Shown: positions 1 to 7,271 of the stretch, in pieces
Position numbering within the stretch: the stretch's first letter is position 1
How the letters are laid out: every line of letters starts with the position of its first letter
Source: an uncultured candidatus Porisulfidus sp.
GTDB taxonomy: Bacteria; Pseudomonadota; Gammaproteobacteria; Poriferisulfidales; Poriferisulfidaceae
Direction of reading: 5' to 3'
DNA length: 64,000 nt
Assembly (NCBI GenBank): GCA_965204575.1
Contig: OZ241993.1
Coordinates: 256,001 to 320,000 of the forward strand
The notes under the pieces: model-generated
Seen by the model: the letters and a program-made list of their open reading frames with translations, nothing else
The model's database searches: none
What the model was told of the DNA's origin: nothing
Translations under genes and position numbers: made by a program

Positions 1-952
1 TTTTCTCCCAATGCTCGCGGCCCCGGTCGACCGTCTTGAGCAAAACGCGTTCATCGCGCCCCTCCCGCCAGCGATCCAGGGCCTCCACCAGATCCGGGAA
101 CAACTGCCGGCGCATGGCCGTCAGGCTGGCCCGGTAGAACAGCAACGCGGCCCGGTTGCCCTCCTCCAGCAGAGCCGGCAGCGTCACCTGGCAGTCGGCC
201 CAGTGGTCGCGCACTGCGCGCAGGCCGAGTTCCGCCGCCCCGCGGGGCAAGGCGTGCAGCAAGTCGTGCCAACCCTCACCCAACTCCCGGCCCACCTCGA
301 TTTCGCCGATTTCATGCAGGATCACGGTCTTCGCCTCGCATTCCGTCATCGCATCCAGTGCCGATTCCAGGTCCTCATCGAAGGGGTAGCAGCGCAGGGC
401 CTCGCCCAGCACATTGTCCCGCCGGTTCCAGCGCCACTCCTGCAGGCGCTCCCACAGCATGCGGCGCAAGGACTCCCGGCGCACGAAAATAGTCTGGCCC
501 AAGGCCATCGCCGGCGGCGCGGTCAAGTCTCGCGCGCACTCTTCCCGGGCTTCATAGATCCGATAATCCCCCCGACCCTGCTCGCCCAGCAACCGGCCCA
601 GGAAAAAGTGCGGCACCTTGTGCAGCCCCAGGCCTGCGCTGTACACGTAACCTTCCGGCAACAGCGCCCGGTTGATGCCTTCGGTGTCGAACGGGTCGTA
701 GGTCCGCCCCTGGATCGACACGGGTCGATACGATTCTTCTCCCAGTTCTTCCCAGCGCTCCTCCCGCTCCTGGATCCAGCGGCCCACCGCTTCGTTCGGC
801 AGGGTCGCCGTGAAATCCAGGCCCATCTCCCAGCGAAAGTATTCGCGCATCTTGAGCAGGTACACGCACATGGTCAGGGCTCCCGCATGGCGGGCATCGG
901 CAATGTCGCAGTTGGCCTGGACGCGCTCGCACAAGGGTTCGATCGGCGGCAT
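1..952 (-). CDS. Sfum_1244-family conserved protein (3' end runs off the window)
   Basis: Not in the ORF track because it has no stop in the window. ATG at 952-950 with AGGAAGG upstream; reads MPPIEPLCERVQANCDIADARHAGALTMCVYLLKMREYFRWE, matching the NCxIxDARHAG...CxYLLKMREYxRWE motif I recall for this family. Confidence 0.75.
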   Translation of the reverse strand, partial: MPPIEPLCERVQANCDIADARHAGALTMCVYLLKMREYFRWEMGLDFTATLPNEAVGRWIQEREERWEELGEESYRPVSIQGRTYDPFDTEGINRALLPEGYVYSAGLGLHKVPHFFLGRLLGEQGRGDYRIYEAREECARDLTAPPAMALGQTIFVRRESLRRMLWERLQEWRWNRRDNVLGEALRCYPFDEDLESALDAMTECEAKTVILHEIGEIEVGRELGEGWHDLLHALPRGAAELGLRAVRDHWADCQVTLPALLEEGNRAALLFYRASLTAMRRQLFPDLVEALDRWREGRDERVLLKTVDRGREHWEK

Positions 953-975
953 GGTGTTGTCCTTCCTACCGTCGT

Positions 976-1233
976 CTAAAAATGTCGTGTTGCCAGTTTG
1001 GCTGCCATTTCCTGCTCGAACCGACGACTGTCGAACGGCTGCGGGTCGCCGCTTTCCTCGCCTTCGATCAATGCGGCACGGATCGCCTCAATGTCAGTCT
1101 GGCTTGCCTGATCGTGGCGGATCGGATCGCGGACATATTCGCTGTCATTGGCAGATTGTCCAGCTGTGACTTTCGCCTTGATCCGATTGTCTCGCTGTTC
1201 GGTAACGGTGATGGTTTTACGGGTTGTGCCCAT
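976..1233 (-). CDS. ParD-family (ribbon-helix-helix) antitoxin, orphan
   Basis: MGTTRKTITVTE...NDSEYVRDPIRHDQ...AIRAALIEGEESG; GGAGG RBS before ATG 1233; no ParE gene follows. Confidence 0.8.
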   Translation of the reverse strand: MGTTRKTITVTEQRDNRIKAKVTAGQSANDSEYVRDPIRHDQASQTDIEAIRAALIEGEESGDPQPFDSRRFEQEMAAKLATRHF

Positions 1234-1308
1234 GAGAACAGCCTCCAAGGAGTTACAAAAATACCATACTATCTGCAATTCCCTTAGAATTTCTGCCAGA
1301 GTCCCGCC

Positions 1309-1869
1309 ATGCCCCGCCTTTCCCGACACTGGAACCAGCGCGAAACGCCGCGAAGCGCAGACCAGACGGCCAGCGCCCTGTCGGTCAATATCTGGCGGCT
1401 TGCCAGCGATGCTCTGCTGGCGCTTGAGAACGAGGGATTCGAAACCGCCGACTGGTCGCAGCGATTGGACGTCATTGCGCAGTTTGCGATTTTCGGCGTG
1501 CACTTGGTCGACCGCGAAACCCAGTCACGATTGCCCGACGAAGAGCGCGCCCGGCTGATTTCCTCGCTGGCCCGGCACTTGGCCGCGCTGATGCAGGACA
1601 ACCGGTTGGAATGCGACGGCCCGGGAGAGCATGCGACCCGCTTCATCGAACAACTCGATGCGCAAGCCGAAACCTACGCCGGCTGTCAGTGGTCCGAAGA
1701 AGAGGGCCCTGGATTCGCGCTATGCCGGGAACTCGGCAATGCGGTGGCCAGCAGCATGGGAGAAAAGGACCAGGAATGGATCGCCACTTACGTCATCGAC
1801 CGCGAGGCGCCGAAGTTCGCGACTGCGCTGCGGCGGACTCTCCGAGGCTTGGTCGCGGGGAAACCATGA
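1309..1869 (+). CDS. Conserved hypothetical protein (186 aa)
   Basis: Protein-like composition and host-like codon use; resembles hypotheticals of sulfur-oxidising proteobacteria (from memory). Confidence 0.7.
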   Translation: MPRLSRHWNQRETPRSADQTASALSVNIWRLASDALLALENEGFETADWSQRLDVIAQFAIFGVHLVDRETQSRLPDEERARLISSLARHLAALMQDNRLECDGPGEHATRFIEQLDAQAETYAGCQWSEEEGPGFALCRELGNAVASSMGEKDQEWIATYVIDREAPKFATALRRTLRGLVAGKP

Positions 1870-1914
1870 CCGCGGCGGCGAGGGCGGCGTGCGCCCCGTG
1901 GGATTCAGGATGCC

Positions 1915-2226
1915 TTACAGAAGCCTGCGGTAGTCGCAGTCCAGGATCTCCGCCAGTTTCCTGGCGTTCGATTTTCCCAATGCCCGCTTGTTGTTTTCGA
2001 TTTCGGACAGATGGTGCTGGAGAATGTCGGTCCGACTGCCCAATTCTTCCTGCGTCAAATCCGCCCGCTGGCGGAACAGGCGCAAATAGTATCCGGAGGT
2101 CTGATAGTAATCGCCATGCCTCTGCTTGGCTTCGTCATGGACAACTTTCGCCGGAACCCGGTTTTCCACAGGCATCCGGTTTTCTGCCCGATACAAGCCC
2201 AAGGTTGAACGAATCATTTTTCCCAT
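1915..2226 (-). CDS. XRE-family HTH protein (HigA-like antitoxin), orphan
   Basis: YLRLFRQRADLTQEELG...HHLSEIENNKRALGKSNARKLAEILDCDYRRLL; start position uncertain. Confidence 0.75.
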   Translation of the reverse strand: MGKMIRSTLGLYRAENRMPVENRVPAKVVHDEAKQRHGDYYQTSGYYLRLFRQRADLTQEELGSRTDILQHHLSEIENNKRALGKSNARKLAEILDCDYRRLL

Positions 2227-2316
2227 GGAAGTCGTTGTCTTTCACTAAGCTTTACCAGCATTAGCAAGGAGCGAGATTATACTCATGTCTAACCTTGATT
2301 TACGTCCCCCATTATA

Positions 2317-2340
2317 TTACATACCTTACATATTTTACAT
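2317..2340 (+). promoter_or_regulatory. Three TTACAT direct repeats at 9-bp period, probable operator
   Basis: TTACAT at 2317, 2326 and 2335, just before RBS GGAGG (2345) and ATG 2354. Confidence 0.55.
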
Positions 2341-2353
2341 GTTGGGAGGTTTC

Positions 2354-2956
2354 ATGTATGCTCTACATCCCAACAAGACAAAGGGCAGAAAAATGGGCAA
2401 GTCCATCCTATCGACGGAGCCGATGACGGATCTCCTTTCAGAGCAGTTTCCGCCCTTGTCAAGCAGTGCGGAGAACTTTCTCCGCCAGCGCCCCCGGGAT
2501 GCGCGCATGGCAGTGGCCGTGGCTCTAGAGGCCGCCGCTCTTCAATGTGAAGCACGCGCCAATGAAGCTCTTGAAAAAATGGTCGAAGGGCTTAGGCCGC
2601 TCATCGTTCACCGACCAGAGAACCAAGAAATGCTCGGCGTTTCGGCAGCAGCAGCCCGACTGAAGGTGTCGCGCCCGACAATCTATGACTGGGTGGCGAA
2701 GAAAATATTGCTTGCATGGAAATCGACCAAACGCGGATTGACGATTCCTGCCGCACAGATCCTTGCTCCCGGCAAAGTCGTCCCGGGAATCGACAAGGTC
2801 CTAGGAATCATCGAAGACCCCGAACTTGCCTGGGCGTTCCTTTCCCGGGAATGGCCGTTTGCTGGAGAGCCCAAAACACCTCTGGAAAAACTAGCGGCTG
2901 ACCAAGTTGAGGAGGTTTTGGCTGCGGCACCCAGCTTCGGCACGACTTATACGTGA
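2354..2956 (+). CDS. Excisionase-like HTH protein with Xre/MbcA/ParS-like C-terminus (antitoxin type usually paired with a RES toxin)
   Basis: LGVSAAAARLKVSRPTIYDWV HTH; C-terminal LAWAFLSREWPF...TPLEKL; RBS supports ATG 2354. Confidence 0.65.
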   Translation: MYALHPNKTKGRKMGKSILSTEPMTDLLSEQFPPLSSSAENFLRQRPRDARMAVAVALEAAALQCEARANEALEKMVEGLRPLIVHRPENQEMLGVSAAAARLKVSRPTIYDWVAKKILLAWKSTKRGLTIPAAQILAPGKVVPGIDKVLGIIEDPELAWAFLSREWPFAGEPKTPLEKLAADQVEEVLAAAPSFGTTYT

Positions 2957-3255
2957 GCCGACTCTTGATGAACCGACCGGTCACCAAAATACGCAAAGAC
3001 CCGGAGCCCACAACTCCCCGTTCTTCCAATGGCGGCAGCGAGGATGGTAAACTCGAAAGTAGAGTTACGGCCTTGGAGATCCAAATGCGATACCTTGCAA
3101 CAAGAGAGGAAGTCAGGGAAATCGTGAATGAGTGTCTGGCTCCCATCAAGGAGCACTATGCCACCAAGACCTGGATTCTGGTCGGCTTCGTTCTGACCAT
3201 TGCATTTGTGATCGGGACAGGAGTCACCGTCGCGAGCATGCTGACGAACCAATAG
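2953..3255 (+). CDS. Short coiled-coil protein with C-terminal TM helix (LATREE/YATK motifs)
   Basis: GTGA overlap with upstream stop; LESRVTALEIQMRYLATREEV...; hydrophobic tail WILVGFVLTIAFVIG. Confidence 0.6.
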   Translation: MSRLLMNRPVTKIRKDPEPTTPRSSNGGSEDGKLESRVTALEIQMRYLATREEVREIVNECLAPIKEHYATKTWILVGFVLTIAFVIGTGVTVASMLTNQ

Positions 3256-3367
3256 CGCCTGCCTCAATTACCGTCAAGGACCAAGTACTCCTTTTCTAGG
3301 GTGCAAGCGGGAAACTCCTAGATCCAAAGCGCGAGCGACTGCACACGGGGCCGAGACCCTAACAGAA

Positions 3368-3559
3368 CTACGTCCAGTTCTCGAAATTACCGGTTTCCTT
3401 TTCCTGACCGTCCTCAAACCCGGCCTGGTAGGCATCAGTAATTCGCTGCTCTTCCCGCGTCGGGTGGCCCAGGTAGCCGCCTTGCCAGCCAAGAACATAC
3501 TCGGGGTCGACCCCCAGTTCCTCCATGCGGGTGACCGCGTCTCGATAGGTTTGATCCAT
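3368..3559 (-). CDS. Alvin_2107-family sulfur-globule oxidation protein
   Basis: MEELGVDPEYVLGWQGGYLGHPTREEQRITDAYQAGFEDG matches the family pattern GVDxEYxxGWxGGxLxxPxREEQR (from memory). Confidence 0.75.
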   Translation of the reverse strand: MDQTYRDAVTRMEELGVDPEYVLGWQGGYLGHPTREEQRITDAYQAGFEDGQEKETGNFENWT

Positions 3560-3780
3560 TGTTAGATGTCGTCGGTTCCTTCGCGGGGCGCCATTTTAAC
3601 ATCATGCGCCCCCGGCTGATCCAGTGTTTGGGGGCCGGTCTGGAAATCAACCGCAATCGCGAAACAGGGTCCCGCAGGCCGAAACCTTCTCCGTATGGCC
3701 TGCATCGAATCTGCGCACAGGCTCGTTTGGGGCGCCTGTTCTAAAATTAACCGTTTGACGCCAGCAAACCTTGCGATCCG

Positions 3781-4104
3781 ATGTCCCGCTTCCGCTCCCT
3801 CATTTCGAATTACCTGTCCCAGGTCGTCCTGCTGACCGTGGGAGTGATGCTGGCGGCCCTGTACCTGATCCAGTTCAGCGATCCGCCCTATCCCGCACTG
3901 GTGCCGGTTGCGTTCTGGTTTTTCTACTTGGCCTACCTGAGCCTGTTCTGGCTCTTGCGGCTTCTCAGCGGCGGGGCCTCGGTCTGGCAGCAGTCCATGG
4001 CGATCGGCACCGCCGCCGCGCTCACCATTGCCCTCTACCTGGCCGGACACGTCGGCGAACAGCAGCGTGAGATCGACCTGCAGGAACGCAGCCTGAGCGA
4101 CTGA
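3781..4104 (+). CDS. Hypothetical 3-TM membrane protein
   Basis: Three hydrophobic segments; ends 2 bp before the cysS start. Confidence 0.6.
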   Translation: MSRFRSLISNYLSQVVLLTVGVMLAALYLIQFSDPPYPALVPVAFWFFYLAYLSLFWLLRLLSGGASVWQQSMAIGTAAALTIALYLAGHVGEQQREIDLQERSLSD

Positions 4105-4106
4105 CC

Positions 4107-5480
4107 ATGCTCCACCTGCACGACACCGCAACCCGCAGGAAGGTTGCCTTCGCCCCGCTCGACCCGGAGCGCGTCACCTTGTACGTCTGCGGCCCCACCG
4201 TCTACGACCACATCCATATCGGCAACGCCCGCCCGCTGGTCGTGTTCGACGTGCTGGTCCGCGTGTTGCGATCCCTCTATCCCCAGGTCATCTATGCCCG
4301 CAACCTGACCGACATCGACGACAAGATCCTGGATCGGGCCGAACAGGAGAATTGCCCGTACGACGAACTGACCGCCCGCTACATCGAGGCATTCCACGAG
4401 GTGTGCGCCGCTCTCGGAGGCCTAGAGATCGACCTGGAGCCGCGTGCAACCGAAACCATCCCGGCCATGCTGGAGATGATCCAGACCCTGTTGGATTCGG
4501 ATCACGCCTATGAAGCGGACGGACACATCCTGTTCGCGGTGGACAGTTTCGACGGGTACGGCGAACTGTCCGGGCGGCGGGTGGAGGAAATGCACCCCGG
4601 GGCCCGGGTAGAAGTAGCCGAATACAAGCGCAATCCGGCGGATTTCGTGCTGTGGAAGCCTTCAACGCCGAAACAACCGGGCTGGGACAGCCCGTTCGGG
4701 CGGGGCCGGCCAGGCTGGCACCTGGAGTGCTCGTGCATGATCGCGCATCATCTCGGCCCGACCATCGACATCCACGGCGGCGGTCAGGACCTGGTGTTCC
4801 CGCACCACGAGAACGAGCGCGCGCAGAGTTGTTGCGCTCATCCCGGCGAGTCGTTCGTCCGGCTGTGGATGCATAACGGCTATGTCACGGTCGACGGCGA
4901 AAAAATGTCCAAGTCCATCGGCAATGTGCGCCAAGTCCGGGAGCTTCTCGATCACCATCCGGGCGAACTGCTGCGCCTCGCCCTGCTGCACGCGCATTAC
5001 CGCAAGCCGCTGGACTGGACGGATGACCTGCTCCTTCAGGCGCGTCAGATCCTGGACCGGCTGTACCGGGCCTGGCAGGATGCGGGAAGCCCGGAACCCG
5101 ACGAAACCGAGCCGGATGCGGAATTCCTGCAGGCCCTGCTTGACGACCTCAATACCCCGCTGGCCCTGCAGCACCTGCGGCACGAGGCGGCGGCCCTGGC
5201 CCATCTGCAGGGAACGCAGCGCACGGAGGCCGCCCGGCGGCTGTGCGCCGGCGCCCGGATGCTCGGCCTGTTCGGATCCGCGGCCGAAGACTGGTTCCAT
5301 GCCGGCGCGACGGCCGAGAGCCTGGACGATGCCGAGATCGAAGCCCTACTGGCCGAGCGGCAAGCCGCACGGGAAAACGGGGATTACGCGGCGGCCGACC
5401 GCATCCGCGATCAGCTGTTGGAGGCTGGAATCGCGGTGGAGGACCTAGCGGACGGCAGCCACTGGCGGCGGGTACGGTAG
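4107..5480 (+). CDS. cysS: Cysteine--tRNA ligase
   Basis: YVCGPTVYD, HIGN, GRPGWHLECS, DIHGGGQDLVFPHHENE, KMSKS. Confidence 0.98.
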   Translation: MLHLHDTATRRKVAFAPLDPERVTLYVCGPTVYDHIHIGNARPLVVFDVLVRVLRSLYPQVIYARNLTDIDDKILDRAEQENCPYDELTARYIEAFHEVCAALGGLEIDLEPRATETIPAMLEMIQTLLDSDHAYEADGHILFAVDSFDGYGELSGRRVEEMHPGARVEVAEYKRNPADFVLWKPSTPKQPGWDSPFGRGRPGWHLECSCMIAHHLGPTIDIHGGGQDLVFPHHENERAQSCCAHPGESFVRLWMHNGYVTVDGEKMSKSIGNVRQVRELLDHHPGELLRLALLHAHYRKPLDWTDDLLLQARQILDRLYRAWQDAGSPEPDETEPDAEFLQALLDDLNTPLALQHLRHEAAALAHLQGTQRTEAARRLCAGARMLGLFGSAAEDWFHAGATAESLDDAEIEALLAERQAARENGDYAAADRIRDQLLEAGIAVEDLADGSHWRRVR

Positions 5481-5511
5481 ACTGTGCGAATCAAACACTT
5501 CTCTTTGCAAA

Positions 5512-5519
5512 ATGTCTTC
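5512..5519 (+). repeat. Left 8-bp target-site duplication ATGTCTTC
   Basis: Identical to 6787-6794; both copies abut the inverted termini. Confidence 0.85.
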
Positions 5520-6786
5520 GGGAGTTATGCAGACTTGATACAGCCATGAAAGTCCATCGCACCGTCCGCTACCGCCTGCATCCCGGCTCACGCCGGAAAA
5601 ACCAGCAACTGCACGGCACCGCCGAAGCTTGTCGTTTCGTGTGGAACCACATGGTCGGCAAACTCAGGGACGAGTACGAGTTCGGAATCAAGCCGGATTT
5701 CCACTATTACTCGATGGGCAAGGTCTTCACCGTTCTGCGCCGTCACAGCTACAAGTGGTTGCAGGATTATTCGGCATATGTCGTCAAGAGTTCATTGCAA
5801 CCCATCGAGACGGCTTACAAGGAATTCTTCAAGGACGTGAAGACGGGTGGGAAACTCAACCGGAACCCCCCGCAATTCCACGGCAAGTGGACAACCAAGC
5901 CGAGTTTTCCAATCAACTATGTGTCGGCGAAGGTGACGGGAGAGAGCCTGTACGTGCAGAGAATCGGCTGGATGAAGCTGGTCGGCAACAACCCGGACCC
6001 GGACGGCGAATTCAAGTCCGGTCGCGTCTTGCAGGAATGCGGAAACTGGTACGCCTATCTCACTTACGAAGTGCAAGCCGAAGCCAGTCTCCCTCACGCC
6101 ATCAAGGAAGTGGGCATCGACCGCAATGTGAATGAAGACGGGTGGGCGGTATTATCGGACGGCACGAAGCATCCGGGGCCGGATTTGGAGAAGAAAACGG
6201 CACGGCGAAAACGCTACCAGCGCAAGATGGCGCGACAGGTGAAAGGGAGCAACCGCAGAAAGGTCACCAAGGTGAAGTTGCAGAAAGCATTCCGTGCGGA
6301 ATGCTTCGCCCGGTTGAACTGGGCGCACCACGTCAGCAAGAGCATTGCGTCAGAATACGATGTGGCATACATGGAGAAACTGAACATCGGGGACATGACG
6401 AAATCCGCCAAGGGAACGGTGGAGGAACCGGGTACGAACGTAAAAGCGAAGTCCGGGCTGAACCGGAAGATCCTGGCCAGCGCATGGGGCACGCTGGAGT
6501 TGTGCCTGGACTACAAGATGGAAGTGCGCCCTGTACCTCCGGCGTATACCAGCCAGACGTGCCATTCATGCGGGCACGTCGATGAGAAAAACAGAAATGG
6601 AACAGATTTCAAGTGCACCGCTTGCGGGCACGCGGACGATGCGGACGTGAACGCCGCATTGAACATTTTGGCCTTCGGGAATGGGGCGACTGGACGTGGA
6701 GACGGCGGGGTTGCCCGGTCTGAGAAGCGTCAAGAAATGGGACAATCTGGCAGGCGAGAGTCTGCCAAGTTATCTACATAAATCCC
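5520..6786 (+). mobile_element. Non-autonomous tnpB element 1 with terminal inverted repeats and 8-bp TSD (IS1595-like ends)
   Basis: Left end GGGAGTTATGCAGA (5520-5533) vs reverse complement of right end GGGATTTATGTAGA (6773-6786), 12/14; perfect ATGTCTTC direct repeat outside; only cargo is tnpB. Confidence 0.8.
5546..6781 (+). CDS. tnpB: RNA-guided endonuclease TnpB (411 aa)
   Basis: N-terminal RYRLHP...CRFVWN; RuvC motifs [20 protein letters not shown]; zinc finger CHSCG...CTACG. Confidence 0.93.
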   Translation: MKVHRTVRYRLHPGSRRKNQQLHGTAEACRFVWNHMVGKLRDEYEFGIKPDFHYYSMGKVFTVLRRHSYKWLQDYSAYVVKSSLQPIETAYKEFFKDVKTGGKLNRNPPQFHGKWTTKPSFPINYVSAKVTGESLYVQRIGWMKLVGNNPDPDGEFKSGRVLQECGNWYAYLTYEVQAEASLPHAIKEVGIDRNVNEDGWAVLSDGTKHPGPDLEKKTARRKRYQRKMARQVKGSNRRKVTKVKLQKAFRAECFARLNWAHHVSKSIASEYDVAYMEKLNIGDMTKSAKGTVEEPGTNVKAKSGLNRKILASAWGTLELCLDYKMEVRPVPPAYTSQTCHSCGHVDEKNRNGTDFKCTACGHADDADVNAALNILAFGNGATGRGDGGVARSEKRQEMGQSGRRESAKLST

Positions 6787-6806
6787 ATGTCTTCTTTATT
6801 TTCTCC
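6660..6806 (+). ncRNA. Predicted omegaRNA/reRNA overlapping the tnpB 3' end (boundaries approximate)
   Basis: Hairpin TGGCAGGC-GAGA-GTCTGCCA (6748-6767, GNRA loop); position is typical of TnpB guide RNAs. Confidence 0.5.
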
Positions 6807-7257
6807 TCGGGAGAGTATCAAGCAAGTCGAAGAAGGGGATCAATTGGCCCCGAAATTCGATGAAAACGGGCTGATCCCCGTGGTGACCACCGACTACGAA
6901 TCCGGCGAAGTGCTGATGGTCGCGTACCAGAACGCCGAGGCGCTGGAGCGGACCATCCGGAGCGGCGAAGCCTGGTACTACAGCCGCAGCCGCCAATGCC
7001 TGTGGCACAAGGGCGCCACCAGCGGACTGGTGCAGAAAGTGCGCGAACTGCGCATCGACGACGACCAGGACACGGTCTGGATGCGCGTGACGGTCGCAGG
7101 CTCCGGCGCCAGTTGCCACGTCGGCTACCGCTCCTGCTTCTACCGCAAGGTGCCGACCGGGGATTCGGCCGGCCAAGCGCTGGAACACCTGGAACGCGAC
7201 AAAACCTTCGACCCCGATGAGGTCTACGGCGACGCTGAAAATCCGACCCGCCTGTAA
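6787..7257 (+). CDS. hisI: Phosphoribosyl-AMP cyclohydrolase
   Basis: [41 protein letters not shown]. Confidence 0.95.
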   Translation: MSSLFSPRESIKQVEEGDQLAPKFDENGLIPVVTTDYESGEVLMVAYQNAEALERTIRSGEAWYYSRSRQCLWHKGATSGLVQKVRELRIDDDQDTVWMRVTVAGSGASCHVGYRSCFYRKVPTGDSAGQALEHLERDKTFDPDEVYGDAENPTRL

Positions 7258-7271
7258 CCCCCGCACTGCCG

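Noticed and set aside
11-979. 322-aa plus-strand ORF
   Set aside because: Antisense shadow of the minus-strand Sfum_1244-like gene
5534-5538. TTGAT resembling the ISDra2 TAM / IS605 left-end target
   Set aside because: It lies inside the TIR-defined element; the perfect 8-bp TSD explains the boundary better
5243-5545. 101-aa N-terminal extension of TnpB in the ORF track
   Set aside because: Overlaps cysS and crosses the element boundary; TnpB homology starts at ATG 5546
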